A DNA stretch of 64,000 nt from Rhodanobacter sp. Lineage in GTDB: Bacteria; Pseudomonadota; Gammaproteobacteria; Xanthomonadales; Rhodanobacteraceae. Shown in pieces: positions 52,439 through 61,928 of this stretch (its first letter is position 1; every line of letters begins with the position of its first letter). The translations under genes and the position numbers were made by a program. Location: NCBI GenBank assembly GCA_049794535.1, contig JBARCX010000199.1, positions 2,207 through 66,206 of the forward strand, written 5' to 3'. The notes beneath the pieces are model-generated. The model was given only the letters and a program-made list of their open reading frames with translations, made no database searches and was not told the DNA's origin.

Positions 52439-54100
52439 TTAAGCCAGCTTCTTGTACTTCACGCGGTGCGGGCCGGCAGCATCGTCGCCGAGGCGGCGCT
52501 TCTTGTCGGCTTCGTACTCGTTGTAGTTGCCGGGGAAGAACTCGACGTGCGAGTCGCCTTCGAACGCAATGATGTGCGTGGCGATGCGGTCGAGGAACCA
52601 GCGGTCATGCGAGATCACCATCGCGCAACCCGGGAATTCCAGCATTGCGTCTTCCAGCGCACGCAGCGTTTCGACGTCCAGATCGTTTGACGGTTCGTCA
52701 AGCAGCAGCACATTGCCGCCCTGCATCAGGGTCTTGGCCAAGTGCAGACGACCGCGCTCACCGCCGGACAGGCTGCCTACCATTTTCTGCTGATCGGTGC
52801 CTTTGAAGTTGAAGCGGCCGATATAGGCGCGCGACTGCAACTCGTACTTGCCGATGGTGATGATGTCGGCGCCGTCGGACACTTCCTGCCACACGTTCTT
52901 GTTCGGGTCGAGCGTGTCGCGCGACTGATCCACATAGGCCAGCTGCACGGTGTGGCCGAGCTTCACCTCGCCGCTGTCCGGCGTTTCCTTGCCGGTGATC
53001 AGCTTGAACAGGGTCGATTTACCGGCACCGTTCGGGCCCATCACGCCGATGATCGCACCCGGCGGCACCTTGAACGACAGGTCGTCGATCAGCAGGCGGT
53101 CGCCGAACGACTTCGACACGTTCTTGAACTCGATCACTTCCTGGCCCAGGCGCTCGCCCGGTGGAATGTAGAGTTCGTTGGTTTCGTTGCGCTTCTGGTA
53201 CTCGACCGAGTTCAGTTCCTCGAAGCGATTGATACGCGCCTTACCCTTGGATTGGCGGCCCTTGGCAGCCGAACGCACCCACTCCAGCTCGCGTGCGAGG
53301 GCCTTCTGGCGACCCTTTTCGGCGGCTTCTTCGCGGGCCAGGCGCTCGCTCTTCTGTTCCAGCCAGTCGGTGTAGTTGCCCTTCCACGGAATACCGCGGC
53401 CGCGATCAAGCTCGAGAATCCACTCGGCAGCGTGCTCAAGGAAGTAGCGGTCATGGGTAACGGCCACCACGGTGCCCGGATAGTTCTGCAGGAACTGCTC
53501 CAGCCAATCCACCGACTCGGCGTCCAAATGGTTGGTGGGCTCGTCGAGCAGCAACATGTCCGGCTTGGACAGCAGCAGGCGGCACAGCGCTACGCGGCGC
53601 TTCTCACCACCGGACAGCGGCCCGATCTTGGCGTCCCACGGCGGCAGGCGCAGTGCGTCGGCGGCGACTTCCAACTGGCGCTCCAACGCATGGGCGTCGT
53701 TCACCGCGAGAAGGTTCTCCAGCTCCTGCTGTTCCTTCGCCAGCTTGTCGAAGTCGGCGCCTTCCTCGGCATAGGCGGCATAGACCTCGTCGAGGCGCTT
53801 CTGCGCGTCGAGAATCACCGACACGCCTTCCTCGACCGCTTCACGCACGGTCTTCTCCGGATCCAGCTGCGGCTCCTGCGCCAGGTAGCCCACCTTGATG
53901 CCAGGTGCAGCGCGAGCTTCGCCCTGGAAGTCCTTATCCACGCCAGCCATGATCTTCAGCACCGTGGACTTACCTGCGCCGTTCAGGCCAAGCAGGCCGA
54001 TCTTGGCGCCAGGGAAGAAGCTGAGCGAGATGTCCTTGATGATCTGACGCTTCGGGGGGACGATCTTGCTCACCCCGTTCATGGTGTAGATGTATTGCAT
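52439..54100 (-). CDS. ettA: energy-dependent translational throttle protein EttA (ABC-F ATPase)
   Basis: MQYIYTMNGVSKIVPPKRQIIKDISLSFFPGAKIGLLGLNGAGKST.. and two ABC cassettes (LSGGE signatures). Start at cat 54098..54100 with a GGAGG RBS. Confidence 0.93.
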   Translation of the reverse strand: MQYIYTMNGVSKIVPPKRQIIKDISLSFFPGAKIGLLGLNGAGKSTVLKIMAGVDKDFQGEARAAPGIKVGYLAQEPQLDPEKTVREAVEEGVSVILDAQKRLDEVYAAYAEEGADFDKLAKEQQELENLLAVNDAHALERQLEVAADALRLPPWDAKIGPLSGGEKRRVALCRLLLSKPDMLLLDEPTNHLDAESVDWLEQFLQNYPGTVVAVTHDRYFLEHAAEWILELDRGRGIPWKGNYTDWLEQKSERLAREEAAEKGRQKALARELEWVRSAAKGRQSKGKARINRFEELNSVEYQKRNETNELYIPPGERLGQEVIEFKNVSKSFGDRLLIDDLSFKVPPGAIIGVMGPNGAGKSTLFKLITGKETPDSGEVKLGHTVQLAYVDQSRDTLDPNKNVWQEVSDGADIITIGKYELQSRAYIGRFNFKGTDQQKMVGSLSGGERGRLHLAKTLMQGGNVLLLDEPSNDLDVETLRALEDAMLEFPGCAMVISHDRWFLDRIATHIIAFEGDSHVEFFPGNYNEYEADKKRRLGDDAAGPHRVKYKKLA

Positions 54101-54264
54101 GAAGCCTCCGGAGGCGTGCACCGCGCCATCCCGCGAGGGCTGGCGATGGGAAAAGGGGATGCCACTAAACCGCACATTATAGCGGTTTGTTTGGCTGTCC
54201 CGGTGACAGCCGTGGCCACTCGATGAGCTGTGCCGGGGTCGCCTCGGCACAGCTCCAGGACGCG

Positions 54265-55260
54265 TCAGCGCTCGCTATCCAGCGACGCCATGCCCTGTGC
54301 GCTGTAGCGGTCGCCGGCAGCCGCGCCGACGGGGACGGCACGTTCGATGGCGGCGAGATCATCGGTGCTGAGCGTGACGTTCAGTGCGCCGAGTGCTTCC
54401 TTCAGGCGCGGGCGTGTGCGTGCCCCGATCAGCGGCACGATGTCTTCGCCACGCGCGAGTACCCAGGCGATAGCCAGCTGCGCCACGCTTACGTTGCGTG
54501 CCTCGGCCAGCTCGCGCAGGAGGTCGACCAGCGCCAGGTTGTGATCCAGGTTGCCGCCCTGAAAGCGCGGGCTGTGCGTGCGAAAATCACGCGCATCGGT
54601 GCTGCGCTCTTTCGACCAATGTCCGCTGATCAGGCCGCGAGCCAATACCCCATAAGCGGTGATGCCCACACCTAGTTCGCGACACGTCGGCAGGATTGCT
54701 TCTTCGATGCCGCGCGAGATCAACGAATACTCGATTTGCAGGTCGCACACCGGTAGTACGGCATTGGCGCGGCGGATCGTTTGCGCGCTCATTTCGGAGA
54801 GGCCAAGGTGGCGCACGTGTCCGGATTTCACCAGGTCGGCGATAGCGCCGACGGTGTCCTCGATCGGCACGTTCGTATCGAGTCGGGCAGGGCGGTAGAC
54901 ATCGACGTAGTCGGTACGCAGGCGCTTCAGCGTATAGGCCAGTGCGGTTTTCACCGCGGACGGGCGCGCGTCGTAGCCCAGCCAATCACCGGCAGGGCCG
55001 CGCTGGGCGCCGAATTTCACGCTGAGCTGGTAGCTATCGCGCGGGCGCCCGACGAGCGCCTCGCCCAGCAACATCTCGTTATGGCCCATGCCATAGAAAT
55101 CGCCGGTATCGAGCAGGGTGATGCCTGCGTCCAGTGCCGCGTGAACCGTGGCGATGCTTTCGCTGCGCTCGGTAGTGCCGTACATGTCGGACATGCCCAT
55201 GCAGCCAAGGCCGAGGGCGGACACGCGTGGGCCTTGCTTACCCAGTTGACGCAAATCCAT
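54265..55260 (-). CDS. aldo/keto reductase
   Basis: MDLRQLGKQGPRVSALGLGCMGMS.. and typical AKR blocks (LDTGDFYG, HLGLSE). Confidence 0.88.
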   Translation of the reverse strand: MDLRQLGKQGPRVSALGLGCMGMSDMYGTTERSESIATVHAALDAGITLLDTGDFYGMGHNEMLLGEALVGRPRDSYQLSVKFGAQRGPAGDWLGYDARPSAVKTALAYTLKRLRTDYVDVYRPARLDTNVPIEDTVGAIADLVKSGHVRHLGLSEMSAQTIRRANAVLPVCDLQIEYSLISRGIEEAILPTCRELGVGITAYGVLARGLISGHWSKERSTDARDFRTHSPRFQGGNLDHNLALVDLLRELAEARNVSVAQLAIAWVLARGEDIVPLIGARTRPRLKEALGALNVTLSTDDLAAIERAVPVGAAAGDRYSAQGMASLDSER

Positions 55261-55337
55261 GGGGCAACTCCGTGATGGTGAAAAGACCAGTGTGCGCCCG
55301 CCAGTTTGCACGCGTTAGACACGACCCACATATGCCA

Positions 55338-55964
55338 TCAGTTCTTGCGAGATGACGGGCTGGCCGAGTCCATTAATGCCGCAAAGGTGCGCGTGTGTAG
55401 AGAGGCGGCATCGAAACCGTCCGGAAGCAGTCCGGCGATTTCCAGCATCATCGCGCCATGCAGTGCGGCCCATACCTGATGGCCAAGCAGTGCCGCATCG
55501 GCTTCGATCGTGCCTTCGTCGATCATCACCTGCGTATGGGCGGCGATCGTTCGCCACATCCGCGCGTGCGCTTCGCGATAGTCCGGGTTGTCCCGGTTTG
55601 TTTCGGGGTACTCGAACATCAGTCGGTAAGTGGCGGTGTTGTTGCGCGCGAAATCGATATAAGCGTCCCGCACGTTACGACTGCGCGTGCGGCCATTGCC
55701 GGGTGAATCCAATGCATTTTCCAGTGCCTCGGAAAAACTGTGCATGCCACGCGTGCGTATCGCGGTGAAGATCTCGTCTTTGCCATTGAAATATCGGTAC
55801 GGCGTCATCGTGCCGCAACCAAGTTCGGTGGCCAGGCGGCGCATGGTGACCGCCGCCGGGCCTTCTTCCACGAAGAGTTTTGCGGCCGCCTGACAGATGC
55901 GGGCGCGAAAGGCTTCGGTTTCGTTTTCGCTAAGCGCTTTGGGCACTAGGGATGCTCTGATCAA
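55338..55964 (-). CDS. TetR/AcrR family transcriptional regulator
   Basis: N-terminal HTH (AAAKLFVEEGPAAVTMRRLATELGCGTMTPYRYF). Confidence 0.85.
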   Translation of the reverse strand: MIRASLVPKALSENETEAFRARICQAAAKLFVEEGPAAVTMRRLATELGCGTMTPYRYFNGKDEIFTAIRTRGMHSFSEALENALDSPGNGRTRSRNVRDAYIDFARNNTATYRLMFEYPETNRDNPDYREAHARMWRTIAAHTQVMIDEGTIEADAALLGHQVWAALHGAMMLEIAGLLPDGFDAASLHTRTFAALMDSASPSSRKN

Positions 55965-55985
55965 TGCTATGTAGGTGTCACCGGC

Positions 55986-57065
55986 TCAGTGCGTCGGCGT
56001 TACATGCAGCGTCTTACGGAAAAATGCCAACGCATCGGCGTCGAGTTGCGCATGCACCTTGATGCGATCGACGCCGGGCGGGTCGCTGCAGATATCGGGG
56101 GCATCCTTGCTCAGCGCGGGCGTGCAGGGATCGATAAAGACCCAATGGTCCGCCTTGGGCACCACTTTGAAGCCCACCAGCGTCTTCATCCAGGGACGAA
56201 TGCGTGCGGCATTCTCCGAGGGAATCAGCATGTGGTCTGCTTCGCCGTAATAGAGGAAGACGGGGCGGTCGATCTTCTCGATCCCGGTTTGGTCGAAAAC
56301 AATGCTTTGCGGAGCCATCACGAATGCGGCCTTCACGCGTGGATCGTCAGTGTTGCCCCAACGTGTGAGATCGTTCTGGATACGGGCCACCCACTGATCC
56401 AACGTCATTCCCTGACGGGCTGCCTCCGCCTTGATCTTGCTTGCGTCACTGCAGGTGCCTTCATCGTTGGGATAGCGATGGCAGTAATCGATAAAACGGG
56501 CGAAATGCGGAACCGCACCGACCAGCAGCAGGCTGGTATAGCCGCCCGCCGAAAAACCGGCAACGCCGATGCGATCGGCATCGATCAGGCTTTTCCATTG
56601 CGGGTCGTCGAGCAGGGCGCTGATGGTGGCCTGTACTTGAATCGGCCGCCCGACCAGCACCGTCGAATGGCTGGCTCCGCTGGTGTCGTGGAAGTTGTCC
56701 CCGGGATGCTCAAGCGTGGCGACGATGAAGCCGTGGCTTGCCAGATAAGTCGCCAGCGCGTTGTGGCCAAGATCGGAACCGCCATGGCCATGCGAAATCA
56801 CCACTAGCGGCTTCGCGCCCGGAATGGGTGGTGCATTGCGGGTAGCGTCGACGTCATAAGGGCCGACCGTGGTGATGCCCTTGGCCTGTACGGATGGGTA
56901 GAACACGTAGCCCGGCATGCTGCTGCCGTTGACCGGGTCATGGATGGTGATGGCGCGGAATCCGACGCCGGTTACCGCCTGGGCAAAGAGCAGGCTGGGC
57001 GCGATAAACAGTGTCAGGGCAAGCCAGCGCAGGGCGCGGGCCGACCAGGAATGAGTGGACGTCAT
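55986..57065 (-). CDS. secreted alpha/beta hydrolase (dienelactone hydrolase / PAF-acetylhydrolase-like)
   Basis: Signal peptide, VISHGHGGS, and the nucleophile elbow GVAGFSAGGY. Start at MTSTHSW (cat 57063..57065). Confidence 0.65.
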   Translation of the reverse strand: MTSTHSWSARALRWLALTLFIAPSLLFAQAVTGVGFRAITIHDPVNGSSMPGYVFYPSVQAKGITTVGPYDVDATRNAPPIPGAKPLVVISHGHGGSDLGHNALATYLASHGFIVATLEHPGDNFHDTSGASHSTVLVGRPIQVQATISALLDDPQWKSLIDADRIGVAGFSAGGYTSLLLVGAVPHFARFIDYCHRYPNDEGTCSDASKIKAEAARQGMTLDQWVARIQNDLTRWGNTDDPRVKAAFVMAPQSIVFDQTGIEKIDRPVFLYYGEADHMLIPSENAARIRPWMKTLVGFKVVPKADHWVFIDPCTPALSKDAPDICSDPPGVDRIKVHAQLDADALAFFRKTLHVTPTH

Positions 57066-57207
57066 GCGGGTACTCCCTTGGCAAAGGTTGCATACAGTGT
57101 ACGGTACGACGTACGCAATGCATGGCGCAAGTCCCGCCGGTGGCCGCAAACACCCCTGACCGTTACACTTTCGAGTCTCACCCCCGCTTGCTACCCACGA
57201 GGCTCGA

Positions 57208-58461
57208 ATGTTCCCGAAGAACTGCACGATCGCCGGTTATGACGATGAACTGGCCAAGGCCATCGCTGATGAAGGTCAGCGCCAGGAAGATCACGTCGAA
57301 CTGATCGCTTCGGAGAACTACGCCAGCCCGCGCGTGATGGAAGCGCAGGGGTCCAAGCTCACCAACAAGTATGCCGAGGGCTACCCCGGCAAGCGCTATT
57401 ACGGCGGCTGCGAGTACGTGGATATCGCCGAGAAGCTGGCGATCGAGCGTCTGAAGCAGTTGTTTGGTGCCAACTACGCCAACGTACAGCCGCATTCGGG
57501 TTCGCAGGCCAATCAGGCGGTGTACTTCGCGCTGCTCAATCCGGGCGACACGATTCTGGGTATGTCGCTGGCACACGGCGGCCACCTTACCCACGGTGCC
57601 AAGGTCAACATCTCCGGCAAGCTGCTCAACGCCGTGCAGTACGGTGTGAATGAGAACGGCATGGTCGATTACGACGAAGTCGAGCGCCTTGCCGTGGAGC
57701 ACAAGCCGAAGATGATCGTGGCCGGTTTCTCGGCCTACTCGCAGGTGATGGATTGGGCGCGCTTCCGCGCCATCGCCGACAAGGTCGGTGCCTACCTATT
57801 CGTCGACATGGCACACGTGGCTGGCCTCATCGCCGCGGGCGTGTACCCGAACCCGGTGCCGCACGCACACGTAGTGACCTCCACCACGCACAAGACTCTG
57901 CGCGGTCCGCGCGGCGGCTTCATCGTGGCGAAGGACGCTGGCGAAGAAATCGAGAAGAAGCTGCAGTCGATCGTATTCCCCGGTATCCAGGGCGGCCCGC
58001 TGATGCACGTGATCGCCGCTAAGGCCGTTGCGTTCAAGGAAGCGCTGGAGCCTGAGTTCAAGGCCTACCAGACGCAGGTCGTGAAGAATGCCAAGGCCAT
58101 GGCGAAGACCTTCATCGAGCGTGGCTACAAGATCGTTTCTGGCGGCACCGAAAACCATCTGATGCTGGTCGACCTGATCGGTCGCGACGTCACCGGTAAA
58201 GAAGCCGAAGAGGCGCTGGGTAAGGCGCACATTACGGTGAACAAGAACGCCGTGCCAAACGATCCGCGCAAGCCCTTTGTCACCTCCGGCCTGCGTGTCG
58301 GCACCCCGGCCATCACCACGCGTGGCTACCAGGAAGCCGACGCGATCGAGCTGACGAACTGGATCTGCGATGTGCTCGACGCGCCGACCGACGAAGCTGT
58401 GCTCACCAAGGTGCGCACCAACGTCACGGCACAGTGCAAGAAGTATCCGGTGTACGGCTGA
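57208..58461 (+). CDS. glyA: serine hydroxymethyltransferase
   Basis: 417 aa with [18 protein letters not shown], and the PLP lysine region [15 protein letters not shown]. Confidence 0.95.
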   Translation: MFPKNCTIAGYDDELAKAIADEGQRQEDHVELIASENYASPRVMEAQGSKLTNKYAEGYPGKRYYGGCEYVDIAEKLAIERLKQLFGANYANVQPHSGSQANQAVYFALLNPGDTILGMSLAHGGHLTHGAKVNISGKLLNAVQYGVNENGMVDYDEVERLAVEHKPKMIVAGFSAYSQVMDWARFRAIADKVGAYLFVDMAHVAGLIAAGVYPNPVPHAHVVTSTTHKTLRGPRGGFIVAKDAGEEIEKKLQSIVFPGIQGGPLMHVIAAKAVAFKEALEPEFKAYQTQVVKNAKAMAKTFIERGYKIVSGGTENHLMLVDLIGRDVTGKEAEEALGKAHITVNKNAVPNDPRKPFVTSGLRVGTPAITTRGYQEADAIELTNWICDVLDAPTDEAVLTKVRTNVTAQCKKYPVYG

Positions 58462-58540
58462 AAACGAGTGACGAGTGAAAAGGAGTGAGAAATGAGTAAC
58501 GGCAATCGCTCTCGTTTCTCACTCCTCGATACTCGTTTCT
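58461..58540 (+). terminator. compound hairpin between glyA and nrdR
   Basis: Inner perfect 12-bp stem aggagtgagaaa (58481..58492) / tttctcactcct (58515..58526). Outer 8-bp stem aaacgagt (58462..58469) / actcgttt (58531..58538). The left arm holds three GAGTGA direct repeats plus one degenerate GAGTAA copy. Confidence 0.45.
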
Positions 58541-58546
58541 GACCCT

Positions 58547-59071
58547 ATGCATTGCCCCTTCTGCCAGCACGAAGACACCCGCGTGATCGATTCACGACTC
58601 GCCGAAGACGGTGCCACCGTGCGTCGTCGGCGCGAGTGTCCGCAGTGCGGCGAGCGATTCAATACCTTTGAGACGGCGGAGCTGAAATTGCCGACCGTAG
58701 TGAAGAGTGGCGAGCGGCGCGAGACGTTCGACGAACAGAAACTACGCGTGAGCTTCGAGCGCGCCTTACAGAAGCGGCCTGTGGCGACGCACGACGTGGA
58801 TTCCTCCGTACGCGCCATCATCAATGACCTGCGCCGTAGTGGCGAGCGTGAAGTGCCTTCACGTCAGGTGGGTGAGTTGGTCATGCGCGAGCTGAAGAAG
58901 CTCGACCAAGTGGCGTACGTTCGCTTTGCTTCGGTCTATCGCAAGTTCGAAGACGTGCAGGCCTTCCGCGAAGAAATCGAAAAGCTCGAGCGCGACCTGC
59001 CTCCGGGGTTGGAGAACTTGCAGCTGTCCTTGCTCGGCGAAGCTGCTGCCAAGCGTGGTAAAAAGAGCTGA
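58547..59071 (+). CDS. nrdR: transcriptional repressor NrdR
   Basis: [17 protein letters not shown].. zinc ribbon (CPFC..CPQC) plus an ATP-cone. Confidence 0.95.
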   Translation: MHCPFCQHEDTRVIDSRLAEDGATVRRRRECPQCGERFNTFETAELKLPTVVKSGERRETFDEQKLRVSFERALQKRPVATHDVDSSVRAIINDLRRSGEREVPSRQVGELVMRELKKLDQVAYVRFASVYRKFEDVQAFREEIEKLERDLPPGLENLQLSLLGEAAAKRGKKS

Positions 59072-59113
59072 TCCTGATCGCTTGGTGATTCCATCGTCGG
59101 TGCTTCTGCCAGA

Positions 59114-60229
59114 ATGCCGTCCATGCCGACATCAACTCCCACTTTTACGTCGATCGATCATGTACACATGGCGCATGCCTTGCGCTTGGCCGAGCGTGGC
59201 CTGTACACCACGCAACCGAACCCGCGCGTTGGTTGCGTCGTCGCCCATGGCGAGACGGTGGTCGGCGAAGGCTGGCATCAGCGTGCTGGTGAGCCGCATG
59301 CGGAAGTCTTCGCACTGCGTGCTGCCGGTGATCAGGCACGTGGTGCGACCGCGTATGTGACATTGGAGCCCTGTGCGCATCATGGTCGCACGCCACCGTG
59401 CGCAGATGCGTTGATCGCGGCCGGCGTGGCGCGCGTGGTGATTGCTGTCGAAGATCCGTTTCCGCAGGTCGATGGCCGTGGCATCGGCAAGCTGCGCGCT
59501 GCTGGTATCACGGTGGAGTCGGGGTTGATGCGCGATGCCGCGCGTGAACTCAACATTGGTTTCTTTAGCCGTATCGAACGGAACCGGCCATGGGTGCGTG
59601 TGAAGCTGGCGATGAGCCTGGATGGACGCACCGCGTTGGCCAATGGCGAATCGAAATGGATTACCGGCGAAGCGGCACGACAGGATGTGCAGCGTTGGCG
59701 TGCACGCAGTTCGGCCATTCTCACGGGTAGCAGTACCGTGCTCGCGGACAACCCGCATCTCACCGTGCGCCTGCCGGAAGGTGAGGCGTTTGCACCACCG
59801 CTGCGCGTTGTATTGGATCGACATCTGCGTACGCCGGCGGGTAGCCACATACTGGATGCTTCCGCGCCGACGCTGCTGCTACATGCTTCCGCAGCAGATA
59901 GCCGCTTTGTCCATGCGCAACACGCGCGAGTGACAGAACAGGGCAATGCGCTTGATCTGAAAGCTGCACTTAACTTGCTAGCCGAACGTGGTTGCAACGA
60001 GGTGCACGTTGAAGCCGGGCCGACGCTATGTGGAGCGTTGTTCGCAGTCGGGCTGGTCGATGAGCTTCTGCTCTACATCGCGCCGGTGTTGCTCGGTGAT
60101 GCCGCGCGTCCACTCATGCATCTGCCATCGCTGACCGACATGGCCGAGCGCTGGTCACTGCGAGCGGTGGAGCAGCGTCAGCTCGGCAACGATTGGCGCT
60201 GTCGGTTACGCCCTTTCACTGCAACATGA
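59114..60229 (+). CDS. ribD: bifunctional riboflavin biosynthesis deaminase/reductase
   Basis: Deaminase zinc motif HAEVFAL..PCAHHGRTPPC and a reductase domain (KLAMSLDGR, ESKWITG). Conserved nrdR-ribD order. Confidence 0.9.
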   Translation: MPSMPTSTPTFTSIDHVHMAHALRLAERGLYTTQPNPRVGCVVAHGETVVGEGWHQRAGEPHAEVFALRAAGDQARGATAYVTLEPCAHHGRTPPCADALIAAGVARVVIAVEDPFPQVDGRGIGKLRAAGITVESGLMRDAARELNIGFFSRIERNRPWVRVKLAMSLDGRTALANGESKWITGEAARQDVQRWRARSSAILTGSSTVLADNPHLTVRLPEGEAFAPPLRVVLDRHLRTPAGSHILDASAPTLLLHASAADSRFVHAQHARVTEQGNALDLKAALNLLAERGCNEVHVEAGPTLCGALFAVGLVDELLLYIAPVLLGDAARPLMHLPSLTDMAERWSLRAVEQRQLGNDWRCRLRPFTAT

Positions 60230-60602
60230 CTCATGCAGCGCCGGTGGAGGCGAGCCTCTATCGGTCATGGGCTTCATAGACGGCCATCGGGGCGGCTTTG
60301 GTCCCAGTCTTTGCGTCTGACTGTGATCCGTGACATCTGGCAGTCTCTGCGTATATGAGTAAAGCGGTAGGCTTTATCGATAAACCGTTAGGCCACCCTC
60401 TGCACAGGGAACCTTTGGGGCGGTTTAATGCACTGAATCGATACTTGCTCTGAACCATCGGCGCAAGAACAGGTAGGGAGCCATCCGTGGGAGGGTGGTG
60501 GTAGGGGATCCACGTTTCAGCATTCTTATTCATGTCGCTACGTAGGCTGAGTAAGTTTCCTCATCTTCCGTGGCTTGAGATGTGTGCCTTAGGGAGCGCC
60601 AC

Positions 60603-61919
60603 ATGTTCAAGTATTACCTGCAGCTAGGCTTGCGCAGTCTTCGCCGTAACCCGGTGCTGACCGCATTGATGGTCATGGCAATCGGTTTTGGCGTTGCCGC
60701 ATCAATGACGACCTACACGATATTTCGCGCTGCATCGGGTGATCCAATCCCCTGGAAATCCAGCCGACTGTTCGTGCCGCAGATCGACGTGTGGGGGCCG
60801 GGTTCGCGACGGAAAGGCGGCGATGATCCTGCCGACGCCATGACCTATATCGATGCGATAGCGTTGATGCGCGCGCATCGCGCGCATTTGCAGACGGCGC
60901 TTTATCCGATCGCGCCAACGGTGTATCCGGATGACCCGTCCCAGAAGTCGCAGTCGGTGCCTGGGCATGCGGTATCGGGTGAGTTCTTTCCGATGCTTGA
61001 CGTGCCCTTTCTCTATGGCAACGGCTGGTCGGCAGCGGAAGACGATAAACACGCCTTGGTGGTGGTTATCAGCAAGGGTTTGAATCAACGCGTGTTTGGT
61101 GGAGTGAACAGCGTAGGGCGGAATATCCAGCTGGATGGTCACAGTTATCGGGTGACGGGTGTGCTGAATGATTGGCACCCACAGCCGAGGTTTTATGACC
61201 TCGCCGTTGCCAATGCGTTTGGTCCAGCCGACCAGGTCTTTCTGCCCTTTACGACGGCTATCGATCATCAGTTCGCTACCAACGGTAATTTCGGCTGCGG
61301 CATCCAGCTTCCGGATCCGGGTTTTGCCGGTACGTTGGCATCGAGTTGCGTCTGGATCGGTTATTTGGTCGAACTGGACACGGCATCCGACGTCAGTGCT
61401 TTTAAGACGTATCTGGATGGGTATGCGCGCGAGCAGCAGGCGTCTGGCCGTTTCAGCTGGGCGCCGAATAATCGCCTGCGCGATTTGCCCGCATGGATGG
61501 ATGCGGAACAAGTGGTACCGCCGGAGACCAATATCTCCATCGTCGTTGCGCTATGTCTGTTGCTGGTATGCATGGTTAATACGGTGGGCTTGTTGCTAGC
61601 CAAGTTTCTACGTCGAGCGGGAGAGATTGGTGTGCGTCGTGCACTGGGGGCGAGCCGTCTGGCGATCGCCGCTCAGTTCGCCATGGAGTCGGGCACGATC
61701 GGTCTGGCGGGCGGTGCACTGGGTTTGTTACTGACGTGGGTGGGCGTGCGGCTGATGCATGGCGTATTACCCAAGGAGATCGCGGCGCTGGCCCATATCG
61801 ATCTGTCGCTGCTGTGGCAAACGCTGTTGCTGGCTGTCGTCGCTACCGTACTGGCCGGGCTGTATCCCATCTGGCGGGCCATGTATGTGCGCCCTTCATT
61901 GCAACTCAAAGAAGATTGA
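60603..61919 (+). CDS. FtsX/MacB-type ABC transporter permease
   Basis: MFKYYLQLGLRSLRRNPVLTALMVMAIGFGVAA.., a large periplasmic domain, and C-terminal FtsX TMs with EIGVRRALGA. GGGAG RBS at 60592..60596. Confidence 0.8.
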   Translation: MFKYYLQLGLRSLRRNPVLTALMVMAIGFGVAASMTTYTIFRAASGDPIPWKSSRLFVPQIDVWGPGSRRKGGDDPADAMTYIDAIALMRAHRAHLQTALYPIAPTVYPDDPSQKSQSVPGHAVSGEFFPMLDVPFLYGNGWSAAEDDKHALVVVISKGLNQRVFGGVNSVGRNIQLDGHSYRVTGVLNDWHPQPRFYDLAVANAFGPADQVFLPFTTAIDHQFATNGNFGCGIQLPDPGFAGTLASSCVWIGYLVELDTASDVSAFKTYLDGYAREQQASGRFSWAPNNRLRDLPAWMDAEQVVPPETNISIVVALCLLLVCMVNTVGLLLAKFLRRAGEIGVRRALGASRLAIAAQFAMESGTIGLAGGALGLLLTWVGVRLMHGVLPKEIAALAHIDLSLLWQTLLLAVVATVLAGLYPIWRAMYVRPSLQLKED

Positions 61920-61928
61920 GGCGCTGCC

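Noticed and set aside
58461-58500. GAGTGA reiterations as a possible CRISPR or tandem-repeat array.
   Set aside because: There are only four 6-nt copies, one of them degenerate (GAGTAA), with 1-5 nt spacers, and they form one arm of a hairpin. This is far too short and irregular for CRISPR.
60258-60533. 91-aa minus-strand ORF in the spacer after ribD; also the possibility of an FMN riboswitch there.
   Set aside because: The translation has no recognisable family, sits in about 50-53% GC sequence and has no obvious RBS. No FMN-element conserved cores were seen, and the spacer lies downstream of ribD, not upstream.
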